Positions 11,339 through 20,374 of a stretch of 64,000 nucleotides of DNA are shown piece by piece. Made by a program: the position numbers and the translations under genes. Source of the DNA: Candidatus Altimarinota bacterium (GTDB lineage: Bacteria > Patescibacteriota > Gracilibacteria > UBA4473); contig OZ246423.1 of assembly GCA_965231215.1 (NCBI GenBank), positions 832,001-896,000 of the forward strand. Reading direction: 5' to 3'. The notes beneath the pieces were generated by a model that was not told where the DNA came from, ran no database searches, and saw only the letters and a program-made list of their open reading frames with translations. Each line of letters begins with the position of its first letter. Within the stretch, counting starts at the first letter, position 1.

Positions 11339-12353
11339 GGTGCCAGCCAAACCAAGCGAGTATGAAATTGCCTTTCATGATTCCTTTGGGGCACTTGTAA
11401 AAACGCTGAGGGCACAAATTGGAGACCGGAAATTTATTATTGTTTCTGATCACAATGTGATAGAAAAAACAGCTTTTTTTGCTAAAGATTTAGATCTGGA
11501 TGACACAATATTGGTTTCACTTAAACCCGGAGAAACAGAGAAAAATTGGGAGTCCATTGATCATATCCTTCATTCGGCTTTTGATGCGGGACTTGATCGA
11601 GGGAGTGTGATGGTCGCAGTAGGAGGAGGCGTTATTGGCGATATGACGGGGTTTGCCGCGAGTATTTTTATGCGTGGAATTCCGTTTATTCAGGTGCCTA
11701 CCACTTTGTTGGCCATGGTAGACGCCTCAATTGGGGGAAAAACAGGGATTGATTGTCAGTATGGAAAAAACCTCATTGGAGCCATTCAACAACCAGAGGC
11801 GGTGATGGTTTGTCCTAAATTTTTAGAGACCCTGCCTGAAATTGAAATTAAAAACGGTTTAGCGGAAATGGTAAAACACGGTGTGGTCGCTGATAAAAAA
11901 CATTTTGAAGATTTAGAAAAGCTGGCTCAAGAAGATTTTAGTACGATTCGTTCCAAGATTTTTGATTATGCTCCGGCTTCAATCAATATCAAAAAAACCA
12001 TAGTAGAATCAGATGAAAAAGAATCTGGAAAACGAAAATTCCTCAATTTTGGACACACCTTTGGACACGCTATTGAGCTATGTTCCAATTTTGAAATTCC
12101 TCATGGACGGGCGGTAGCGATTGGCTGCGTTATGGCCTCTCAGTACGCCTATGAACACGGGTTGTGTGAGGATGAAACCGTAGATCGAATCGAAAACATT
12201 TTCAATCAGTTTGAAGTAGATCTCACCTGTGAGATTTCGGAAGCAGATATTTGGAACGCAATGAGCCGCGACAAGAAAAAATTTGGCTCTACACTCACGC
12301 TTATTCTTCCCAAAAAGATTGGAGAAGTAGATTATTTTAAGGTTGAAGTTTGA
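11319..12353 (+). CDS. aroB: 3-dehydroquinate synthase
   Basis: [44 protein letters not shown]. Confidence 0.95.
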   Translation: MKPIKVKVPAKPSEYEIAFHDSFGALVKTLRAQIGDRKFIIVSDHNVIEKTAFFAKDLDLDDTILVSLKPGETEKNWESIDHILHSAFDAGLDRGSVMVAVGGGVIGDMTGFAASIFMRGIPFIQVPTTLLAMVDASIGGKTGIDCQYGKNLIGAIQQPEAVMVCPKFLETLPEIEIKNGLAEMVKHGVVADKKHFEDLEKLAQEDFSTIRSKIFDYAPASINIKKTIVESDEKESGKRKFLNFGHTFGHAIELCSNFEIPHGRAVAIGCVMASQYAYEHGLCEDETVDRIENIFNQFEVDLTCEISEADIWNAMSRDKKKFGSTLTLILPKKIGEVDYFKVEV

Positions 12354-12378
12354 CATAAAAAGTTAACTTCCCTAGGCT
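12350..12378 (+). promoter_or_regulatory. Sigma70-type promoter for the leader-ppcA-aspC transcript
   Basis: TTGACA (12350-12355), 17-bp spacer, TAGGCT (12373-12378). Confidence 0.6.
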
Positions 12379-12388
12379 TAGCAAGCGC

Positions 12389-12448
12389 ATGTTTTTAACC
12401 AATATTAAAACCGCAAATAATAATCGAAATGTGTTTCGAGCGGTTTAG
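12389..12448 (+). CDS. Putative attenuator leader peptide MFLTNIKTANNNRNVFRAV
   Basis: 19-codon ORF with five AAT (Asn) codons, four of them within codons 10-14, overlapping alternative RNA stems. Confidence 0.65.
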   Translation: MFLTNIKTANNNRNVFRAV

Positions 12449-12480
12449 TTGATGCGTTAAAATTTTTTACCTCTTCACCC

Positions 12481-12506
12481 ACCGCTCAAACAGAAGCGGC
12501 TTTTTT
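12481..12506 (+). terminator. Attenuator terminator hairpin immediately before ppcA
   Basis: CCGCT-caaacaga-AGCGG followed by CTTTTTT, ending 3 nt before the ppcA ATG. Confidence 0.65.
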
Positions 12507-12509
12507 CAC

Positions 12510-14024
12510 ATGGCTCACAGACACATACCGGCAACGATGGCAACTCAACATCCAGACAATAGTTTTCCCTCTGTTTTTACAGGTAGTGCATTTGTCTCTA
12601 GCCGAGAAGAAATAGATGAATGTTATGAATGTTTTGATTCTCTGGGAGTAGAAGAGTACATGTGGGATTGGGAAGGAAAGTTTGTAGATGAAGCCGTTAT
12701 GGAGCGGCTTTTTACCCAATACCATGACTATTTTAAACAAAACGCCATTGGAAAAGATAAATTTCTGACCTTTAGAATCCCTAATATTTGGGAAGAACCT
12801 TCAGCTAAATTGCCGCGTGCTTTTATGAATTTAGTATCAGCCGAACAAGCGGCTAAAAACTATGGCATGCACAGACCCCCATTGTTTGAAGTGATTCAGC
12901 CAATGACCACGTCCAGTGAACAGCTCAAATACCTTCAACAAAAATTTACCCAAATTGCGGAAAGTACCTCTGATATTTTTGAACTCAAACAACACCTCAA
13001 ACATGTGGAGCTTATCCCCCTGTTTGAAGCGATTGAAAGTATGGCTGAGTCGGACCAAATTTTGGGGGAGTATGTTGACTTTATGGAGTCGGAATATGAT
13101 TACACTCCTGAATATTTGAGAGTGTTTATTGCTCGATCAGATCCAGCGATGAATGCCGGCATCATTCCAACCATGCTAGCGGTAAAACATTCACTTTCTA
13201 GCTATCATGAATTTGGTAAATCTAGGGGGATTGAAATTTATCCCTGGATTGGAGGAGGCAGTCTGCCCTTCCGAGGCGGTATTAACCCCGATAATGTAGA
13301 ACCAACTCTAGAAGAATACAGAGGAACCGCTTCGGTCACTATTCAATCGGCTTTCCGGTTTGATTATGAGTTTAACAGGGTAAAAAAAGCTATTGATACC
13401 TTTAATAAACGTCTCCCTGAAATGCGAACTACTTATAGAAAAGTAACACCGGTAGAAGGCCAAGTGATTAAAAAATTTAATGCTCAAGCCAAAACCTATT
13501 TTACAGAAGTGATAGAACCTATGGCTGATTTAATTAACCAGGTGGCGGGTACCCTCCCAAATAATCGAGAAAGGGTGCAACACGTGGGAATCTTTGGATA
13601 CGCACGTGGCGTGGGGAAAGTAAAACTGCCTCGAGCCATAAAATTCTGTGGAGCCTTTTATAGCTTAGGGATTCCGCCAGAACTTATTGGCACTGGTAGA
13701 GCGCTCAAATTGGCTCAAGAAACGGGATGCTTGGATTTGGTTTTGGATTTATATAAAAACATTAAAGCAGATCTCATTCATGCCGGGCATTACCTGAATC
13801 GTGAAAATTTGGAACTAGTAGCTAAGTCGTATGATGCGGCGAAACTTATCCTCCAAGATATTGAACTCATTGAGGAAATCTTAAATATAAACATTGGCCC
13901 AGAATCAGAGAAGCACCTGATTCACCGCAACATAGCCTCAAACATCTATCACAAATTGAATCTAGATTATGACCTTGAGTTTGATCTATTAGAGGCGGCT
14001 AAAATTAGACAATCTATTGGTTAA
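12510..14024 (+). CDS. ppcA: Archaeal-type phosphoenolpyruvate carboxylase
   Basis: IPATMATQHPDN, EYMWDWEGK, RVFIARSDPA, GSLPFRGG, LPRAI; about 500 aa. Confidence 0.92.
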   Translation: MAHRHIPATMATQHPDNSFPSVFTGSAFVSSREEIDECYECFDSLGVEEYMWDWEGKFVDEAVMERLFTQYHDYFKQNAIGKDKFLTFRIPNIWEEPSAKLPRAFMNLVSAEQAAKNYGMHRPPLFEVIQPMTTSSEQLKYLQQKFTQIAESTSDIFELKQHLKHVELIPLFEAIESMAESDQILGEYVDFMESEYDYTPEYLRVFIARSDPAMNAGIIPTMLAVKHSLSSYHEFGKSRGIEIYPWIGGGSLPFRGGINPDNVEPTLEEYRGTASVTIQSAFRFDYEFNRVKKAIDTFNKRLPEMRTTYRKVTPVEGQVIKKFNAQAKTYFTEVIEPMADLINQVAGTLPNNRERVQHVGIFGYARGVGKVKLPRAIKFCGAFYSLGIPPELIGTGRALKLAQETGCLDLVLDLYKNIKADLIHAGHYLNRENLELVAKSYDAAKLILQDIELIEEILNINIGPESEKHLIHRNIASNIYHKLNLDYDLEFDLLEAAKIRQSIG

Positions 14025-14035
14025 CCCCTAGAAAT

Positions 14036-15178
14036 ATGTTTGATAAAAACCTGACATCGCTCCCAATGGACCCTATTTTTAAAGTGGTTAAAGCGCATAA
14101 AGATGATCCCCGTTCTGAAAAGGTTAATTTGGGGATCGGTATTTATCGGGACACAGAAGGGGCTCCCTTTGTTTTTAAATCCGTTCAAGAAGCCGCTCGT
14201 CGGGTATTAGTGGATAATTTTGAGTATGACACTATGCAGGGGAGCGCTTCTTTCTTAGAAATGGCTACCAACTGGGTGCTTGGAGAGGGCTCCTTTGCCT
14301 ATACAGCCGTACAACAATCAATTGGCGGAACTCACGCCTTGCGCCTGGTTGCAGAGTTTTTTGAAGCCCAAAAATCTAAGCCCAAGCTACTGGTTGGAAC
14401 GCCTACCTGGTCAAACCACTTTGATGTGTTTGGGGCTTTTGAAGCCGTCACTTTTGATCATTTAACTTCGGATTATCGGCTTAATGTTGAGGCTTATCTG
14501 ACCGCTATAAAATCGAATCCTCAGTCTTGTTTAATTCTCCATGGCGGAGCAACCCATAATCCGACGGGAATAAATCTGAGTGTAGCAGATTTAGACCAAA
14601 TATTAATAGCGGCTAATGAGGCCGAAGTTTTTGTAATTATTGATGCGGCTTATATAGGATTTGGAGAGGGATTAGAAGCCGATATAAATTGGGTTCGTCG
14701 CGCTTTTGAGGCTTGTAATCAAGGCACTTTGGCGATTTCTTTTTCAAAAAACGCTTCTCTGTATAACCAGCGTTTGGGACTTCTTTGTTGGAAAACTGAG
14801 ACGGCTCAATTAAAAAGGGTTCTAGAGTCTCATTTGCAGCAATTAGTTCGAGCGACGATTTCAAATTTACCAGCCTACGGTGCGGCTATAATGGAGCAGG
14901 TGCTTCGTGATAATCGAGCACAATGGATTGAGGAATTAGAGCAAGTGCGTCTTGATGTAAACGAGCGCAGAGTTCGGCTTGTGGAGATGATTCCCGATAC
15001 TTTTAATTTTTTGATCAATACAAAAGGACTTTTTGGATTGAGTGGGTTAACCCCTCTGCAAGTTAAAAAACTTAGGACGGATTCAGCGATCTATATGCCG
15101 CCAAATGGGCGAATAAATTTTGCGAGTATTCGTACCCAAGATTTTGAAGTTTTAGGAAAAGCCCTAAGGGAGGCTTGA
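14036..15178 (+). CDS. aspC: Aspartate/aromatic aminotransferase (class I)
   Basis: KVNLGIGIYR, HNPTG, DAAYIGF, SFSKN (PLP lysine), GRIN. Confidence 0.88.
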   Translation: MFDKNLTSLPMDPIFKVVKAHKDDPRSEKVNLGIGIYRDTEGAPFVFKSVQEAARRVLVDNFEYDTMQGSASFLEMATNWVLGEGSFAYTAVQQSIGGTHALRLVAEFFEAQKSKPKLLVGTPTWSNHFDVFGAFEAVTFDHLTSDYRLNVEAYLTAIKSNPQSCLILHGGATHNPTGINLSVADLDQILIAANEAEVFVIIDAAYIGFGEGLEADINWVRRAFEACNQGTLAISFSKNASLYNQRLGLLCWKTETAQLKRVLESHLQQLVRATISNLPAYGAAIMEQVLRDNRAQWIEELEQVRLDVNERRVRLVEMIPDTFNFLINTKGLFGLSGLTPLQVKKLRTDSAIYMPPNGRINFASIRTQDFEVLGKALREA

Positions 15179-15365
15179 TGATTACAGGTTTGGTTGAAAA
15201 CTTTTTAATACTATTTGTTTAAAAATCCCTACATTAAATAGGCAAAGGTAACGAGGAGGAGGAAATTCTACGGCCTCTTCCCGTTGCATTTAAGATTTTA
15301 ATTTTCGTTGCTCAGGGGAGCGGCTTTGAATGCGGTCGAAATTGCCGAAGCGATTATGAAGCGTG

Positions 15366-16019
15366 TTAGTTAAATTTTTGAACTTCAAAGCAAGACCTGA
15401 GGGTGTCAAAAACCAGCTGTAAGTCTTTTTCTTCAATAAAAAAAATAAGCTCAGTAAAAGTTGAAGAGAGCTCAATCACATTCACTTTTTGGATCATGAG
15501 TTTCTGCATAATGAGGTAGAACAATCCCGGTTCATAAAAGTAGTGTTCGTCGAACTTTACGGAAACGGCGGTGATATGTTCGTTTTTGTACTTGGGCTTA
15601 TCTCGGACAATATTTCCAATGACTGACTTAAACTTTTTATTAAAGAATATCGTTATTTCACTGGTACTTTCACTATAAACAAAGTATTCCCGTTGTTTTT
15701 GAATCGCATTATAAGCGAGGTTGATGCACTCATGGTTTTGATTAGATTTCTCGTAGGTGTGCGTTATGAGGTTGTGTTGGATTGAAAGGGTCTCAATTTC
15801 GAAGCTTTCTCCAATAGTAATATCGGCTTGTATTTTTTTTTGTAGTCGAGAGAGGGCCATAACCAGAGCGGTTTTATGTATAGGTTTTTCTAACCGAACT
15901 TCTAAGATCGGTTTTATGAATTTAGCCATTTCACTCAGATTGTAGAGCCTGTGAGCGAGCCCAAATTGAAGGAAAGGGTTACCGTAAACGATTTGCTCTA
16001 AAGCGTCAGAAGTTTTCAT
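15366..16019 (-). CDS. Helical-N-terminus plus ACT-domain protein, a putative amino-acid-sensing regulator (family often labelled aspartate kinase, but no kinase domain)
   Basis: NPFLQFGL...NLSEMAKFI...ALVMALSR N-terminus; ACT-like PGLFYLI...VNVIELSSTFTELIFFI. Confidence 0.65.
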   Translation of the reverse strand: MKTSDALEQIVYGNPFLQFGLAHRLYNLSEMAKFIKPILEVRLEKPIHKTALVMALSRLQKKIQADITIGESFEIETLSIQHNLITHTYEKSNQNHECINLAYNAIQKQREYFVYSESTSEITIFFNKKFKSVIGNIVRDKPKYKNEHITAVSVKFDEHYFYEPGLFYLIMQKLMIQKVNVIELSSTFTELIFFIEEKDLQLVFDTLRSCFEVQKFN

Positions 16020-16128
16020 TTGTTTTATTTATAACAAAATTTGTTAAAAAAACACTTTTTTATTCAACTTTTATTTTTATTTTTTTTTGAGCTTTATAAA
16101 CGAGCCATACTTTTTAACTTTTTTAATT

Positions 16129-17292
16129 ATGCAGTTTTTGCACCACCGGCTTTCGACATCCACTAATGCACGGTGGATTAAAAAATTAGAACTGGGTGAT
16201 TTTGAGGGTTTAACTGAAGGAGCAGATATGCCGACTTTAGCAGAGGCTCCTCTTGAAGACCTAGAAGCTTTAGGGGAATCCCTCTTGGCACAAACCCGTG
16301 ATCGAGAGGCTAGAGGAGAATCTTTGTTACCGGTCAATCCAAACTTGCCGAGTGTCATGCCCGCTTTGCCGACTATGTTTACGGAAGACAATCGTTTGAA
16401 TCTTCCGGCTCAAGCGGACTTAATGCGTGAGCTTGTCGGGCAGGGTATCCAAGGGTTTGTCATTATGGGGACGACGGGAGAGAGCTCCCTGGTGAGCTTT
16501 GAAGAACATCAAGCAGCGGTCGCTCATGCGGTTCAGACGGCTCGAAAAATCGAAGCAGAGACGGGGCAATCAATCTCGATTGTAGCGGGAAGCGGAGCCA
16601 ACTGGACCGCTGAGCAACACCACTTATCAAGAACGGCTATTGAGTCAGGAGCTCAAGCAAACTTGCTTTTGCCGCCTTACTACATTAGAGAGCAGTCACC
16701 AGGCAATATGCTTCGCCACTTTTGGGAGGCTCTGGATGAAGGCCCTGGAATTGTCTATCGGGTTCAGGCGAGAAGTGGGCGAGCCGTTCCTTCTGAAATA
16801 ATTGAACAGCTGATGCTCCATCCTAATTTCTTAGGGATTAAAGAATGTGATGGGCAAGTCAGAGACTTGGCTCGTATGTTTGAAAATTCAGATCGTAATT
16901 TAAGAGTCTGGTCTGGAGAAGATGGAGAAGTGGTTCGTGATAGAAGTCAGGGAGCTTATGGAAGCATTTCGGTTACAGCGAATATGCATCCAGAATTGGT
17001 TCTTACGGCCAATGATATTGACCAAACCACCTATGCAGCGGATAGAACTGCTGAAAGAATCACGGCATTGCTCTTTCATTCCCAAATTGGAAGTCCTAGC
17101 TTGGTTCATTCTGCTCGAGAGATGCAGAGAGACCCAGAATTGATGAGAGGCTTTAGAGCCCCCTGTCGAGCGATTCTGAATGCTCAAAGAGCGTGGTTGA
17201 TTAGCGGGCTTCATCAAGTAGGGGTTACGGGCTTACGAAATTTTGAAGATGATAGAGCTATTAATTTTTTAAGACACTTAGAAAATGACTAA
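16129..17292 (+). CDS. dapA: Divergent dihydrodipicolinate synthase with N-terminal extension (alternative start 16228)
   Basis: GTTGE, PPYY, catalytic Tyr in IVYRV, Arg in ARSG, Schiff-base Lys in GIKE, SGED. Confidence 0.75.
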   Translation: MQFLHHRLSTSTNARWIKKLELGDFEGLTEGADMPTLAEAPLEDLEALGESLLAQTRDREARGESLLPVNPNLPSVMPALPTMFTEDNRLNLPAQADLMRELVGQGIQGFVIMGTTGESSLVSFEEHQAAVAHAVQTARKIEAETGQSISIVAGSGANWTAEQHHLSRTAIESGAQANLLLPPYYIREQSPGNMLRHFWEALDEGPGIVYRVQARSGRAVPSEIIEQLMLHPNFLGIKECDGQVRDLARMFENSDRNLRVWSGEDGEVVRDRSQGAYGSISVTANMHPELVLTANDIDQTTYAADRTAERITALLFHSQIGSPSLVHSAREMQRDPELMRGFRAPCRAILNAQRAWLISGLHQVGVTGLRNFEDDRAINFLRHLEND

Positions 17293-18019
17293 TTTACTAC
17301 TTGGTTATCGAGAAAGCGCCCCAGAACCGGGGCGCTTAGCGTCTTCACTTTTGGAAGGCGTTTCAGATTTGGATTTGGTTGAAGATCTGACAGGTCAAAA
17401 TCCTGAAGGCGTTTCATCGGTTGTTTATGCTCGGAAATCAGCCCAATCTATGTCAGCGGCTATTGATTTTTGTCAGCGAAATGGGATGCCTCTGATTAAT
17501 CTATCAACAGGATTTAGTCCCGAACTACCACCTCATTTAGATTTTTTGTGCCTTGAGTGTCCGAATGTATCGTTAGCAGTTTTGGATTTTATGGAACGGG
17601 TTCATCAAGCCTGCGCAGAAATGGATGTTCCTTTTCATCTAGATATTACGGAACATCATCAACGAGCCAAAAAGGATCGTTCTGGAACGGCTCAAAAAAT
17701 GCATGATCGAGCCTCAGAATTCGACCTTTGCCAAAACCCTCAAGGAGATTATTGTCAGCATATAATATCGGTCAGAGACGTATCAGAAACTCGTAAAAAT
17801 TTTGATATACCACCGGAGCATGAACAAGGATTTGCGATTCACGAAGCGACACTTGTCGCTGAAGGTGAAGAGGAGATATTACGTTCTTTTGATCCTTTAG
17901 TTATTTTAGGCCGACGAACCTATGCCGAAGGTTTGGCCTGGGTACTTGAGACTTTGTCGAGAATCGAGCCAATTACGGGGAAAGTTTCGATTACCGATTT
18001 TCGAGCACAGTACCGTTAA
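17285..18019 (+). CDS. dapB: Divergent dihydrodipicolinate reductase
   Basis: STG, PNVSL and EHHQRAKKDRSGTA motifs; overlaps the dapA stop. Confidence 0.65.
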   Translation: MTNLLLGYRESAPEPGRLASSLLEGVSDLDLVEDLTGQNPEGVSSVVYARKSAQSMSAAIDFCQRNGMPLINLSTGFSPELPPHLDFLCLECPNVSLAVLDFMERVHQACAEMDVPFHLDITEHHQRAKKDRSGTAQKMHDRASEFDLCQNPQGDYCQHIISVRDVSETRKNFDIPPEHEQGFAIHEATLVAEGEEEILRSFDPLVILGRRTYAEGLAWVLETLSRIEPITGKVSITDFRAQYR

Positions 18020-18020
18020 G

Positions 18021-18047
18021 AAAAAAGCGCCGAAAGGCGCTTTTTTT
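18021..18047. terminator. Bidirectional intrinsic terminator
   Basis: AAAAAAGCGCC-GAAA-GGCGCTTTTTTT between convergent genes. Confidence 0.9.
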
Positions 18048-18049
18048 AT

Positions 18050-19363
18050 TTAGGCTACCATTCTTTCAAGGCCTCTCGGGACCAAGTTTCGGAAGGCTTG
18101 TTCGATAGACTTACAAGTTACATCTCGTCCAGCTCCTGGCTTCTTGAGGATGACCGTTTCTGTATCATCTTCAATGATGATTACATTTTGCTCAGAAGTT
18201 GCAAATTCTGAGTCACGAGGCACTTGTTCAAGACCAACAGAAATGGATTCAGTACCATCTTCATTAAAGGTAATCCGGGCAATGTGTCGAACGGTACGGG
18301 TCTTAGTAATAAGTTTTTGTACTTCTTCTCTGAATGGTTGGTCAACTTTTTCACGAATAGCCTGTAAATAGTCTTCCATAGTTTCTTTGCTGAACTGTTC
18401 TCCAATAAATTTTGGAACAAATGGAAGTCCGGCTTTGATATTTTCTGGTAGGGCTTGGAGACCCGCACTCATAGCCATAATTCGGGCTTTAACCCAGGTA
18501 TCACTTTCTGATTCACCAACATCAGTGTCGGCATATGGCTCTGTGTCTCCAGCCTTCCAGGCTTGTTCAATCAAGTCAGAAAGTTCAATTTCACCTCTTT
18601 GATATTCTTCAGATTCAAGCCCCTTACAAATACTTAAGTTCGTTCCAGAGACCATGGCTTCAACTCTTTTTAGTCGTTCACGGCTTTCTGGGTAATTAGC
18701 TAAATGAGCAATAGCATCAGATCCAGCCCCGACCGTTGGTAAATACTCAATTCGGCCAGTATTTTTGTATCGATCAAAATTTTCTTTTGAGGCATAGCCT
18801 AGTACTTTTTTACTAACGGCTACCACTGCGCTTTGTGTATCATTAATTACATGGTCATATAGTTCTCTAGTGTTTTGAGAATCAGTCAAGTCAACATATC
18901 CGATGTTTGCTTCTTCGATAGGGGGGGGAGTTGCTTCTAGAATTTGCTTTTTGACCTCAGATGGAATAGCCGTTAGATTTCCTCCATGAGCTGTTCCTTT
19001 TTCTGCTAAAATCCTTTTTACGTTGGCCTTGGTAATAGTACTCTGATATTCAGCTTCGTTTTCATATTCTTCTCGACTTTTAATCTTATCTGATACAAGA
19101 TCTTTATTTCTTAGTTCATCTGCTGCAATCCCATTGATATTTACGAAGTATTTTGTACTGTCTGAGATCGCAATAATTTTGGTTGGATGCTTATGGGGGA
19201 TCGGATTTTTATTCTCTAGAAGATCCGGGTTAGGATGGTGCTCACCTTGTGGATAATCACTTTCAGTTACTCTTTCTACTAAACGAGTTCCGATATTTCC
19301 TGAGGCTCCTAAAATCACCATTCCTTGGTAATCAAAGTCTCGGTTTTCCATATTTTCAGCCAT
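18050..19363 (-). CDS. hom: Divergent homoserine dehydrogenase
   Basis: GASGNIG, PTVGAG, VSGT, GDTEP...DTWVK, PGAGRDVT; resembles the HSDH domain of ThrA. Confidence 0.65.
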   Translation of the reverse strand: MAENMENRDFDYQGMVILGASGNIGTRLVERVTESDYPQGEHHPNPDLLENKNPIPHKHPTKIIAISDSTKYFVNINGIAADELRNKDLVSDKIKSREEYENEAEYQSTITKANVKRILAEKGTAHGGNLTAIPSEVKKQILEATPPPIEEANIGYVDLTDSQNTRELYDHVINDTQSAVVAVSKKVLGYASKENFDRYKNTGRIEYLPTVGAGSDAIAHLANYPESRERLKRVEAMVSGTNLSICKGLESEEYQRGEIELSDLIEQAWKAGDTEPYADTDVGESESDTWVKARIMAMSAGLQALPENIKAGLPFVPKFIGEQFSKETMEDYLQAIREKVDQPFREEVQKLITKTRTVRHIARITFNEDGTESISVGLEQVPRDSEFATSEQNVIIIEDDTETVILKKPGAGRDVTCKSIEQAFRNLVPRGLERMVA

Positions 19364-19453
19364 GTTTTTGTGGGATAATTTCTTGCTTAAATTAAACTTT
19401 AATAAAAAAATGTCAATTTGTGTGCGCTTATTATAAAACTAGTATTACTGTTG

Positions 19454-20044
19454 ATGATTATAGCGGGAGTAGACGAGGCCGGAAGGGGAGCCTTAGCCGG
19501 GCCAGTAGTGGCTGGGGCTGTGTGTTTTTCAGAACCCCTAACGGCTGAAAACTGTCCGGTCTTTGGCCTGATTAAAGATTCAAAGTCACTGACGGAAAAA
19601 CAAAGAGCAGCAGCCTATGAATGGCTTACAAGCCATGTTGATTTTGGGGTGGGGATTTCTTCGGCTTCGGTTATTGATGAAGTCGGGATTCGCCTAGCGA
19701 ATGAACAAGCGATGAATCAGGCGGTTCAAGCTTTGAAACAGACCCCTGAAAAATTAATGATCGATGGACGAGACAAATTCAAGTTTAGTATACAATCAGA
19801 AGACGTGGTCAAAGGGGACGAAAAAATATTAGAAATTTCAGCCGCTTCCATCATCGCCAAAGTATCTCGGGATCGATACATGGTCGAACTCAATCAAAAG
19901 TATCCAGAATTTAAATTTGCTGAAAACAAGGGCTACGGAGCCAAAACTCATTATGACTTACTCGATCAAGGAATTTTCTGTGAAGAACACCGTAAAACCT
20001 ACGACCCGCTTAAAACCTGGTTGAATCAGGGGCGGTTGTTTTAA
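19454..20044 (+). CDS. rnhB: Ribonuclease HII
   Basis: AGVDEAGRGALAGPV, DSK, IDG, AASIIAKVSRD, KGYG. Confidence 0.95.
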   Translation: MIIAGVDEAGRGALAGPVVAGAVCFSEPLTAENCPVFGLIKDSKSLTEKQRAAAYEWLTSHVDFGVGISSASVIDEVGIRLANEQAMNQAVQALKQTPEKLMIDGRDKFKFSIQSEDVVKGDEKILEISAASIIAKVSRDRYMVELNQKYPEFKFAENKGYGAKTHYDLLDQGIFCEEHRKTYDPLKTWLNQGRLF

Positions 20045-20340
20045 TTACCCCTTCCAGGCCCAGGAGAGCCAGTATTATAGAGATTTGTACCAGTGTTATG
20101 ATGGTAGGGATAATAAAAGCCAGGCTTATTGAGACCTCCAACTTCCCCTTGGCTCGTTGGATCTTGAAGTTTTTCCCCTAAATAGTTTTGATCTATGCGT
20201 ATTTGTAGAGCCGTTTCCCATTGACCAACGGCATCTGCAGTATTGCCGTTACGGAAACAAGAGCTTTCTCGCCTAGAGGAGTCGCCCCATTCGGGGTAAT
20301 TTCCCTGTTTGGGGGAGTGAATATTTTTGATTGTTAGCAT
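20041..20340 (-). pseudogene. Fragment paralogous to the C-terminal domain of the upstream pilin
   Basis: ALQIRIDQNYLGEKLQD aligns without gaps to pilin QLQLRSEADSCREAYQD; no prepilin N-terminus. Confidence 0.35.
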
Positions 20341-20374
20341 TTCTGTGATAATCAAAGGGGGCGTTTTTGCAAAT

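Noticed and set aside
15241-15360. Lysine or glycine riboswitch, SRP RNA or 5S rRNA
   Set aside because: Only isolated words (GCCGAAG, CTCAGG) match, their order and spacing are wrong, and the segment is not 5' of any gene
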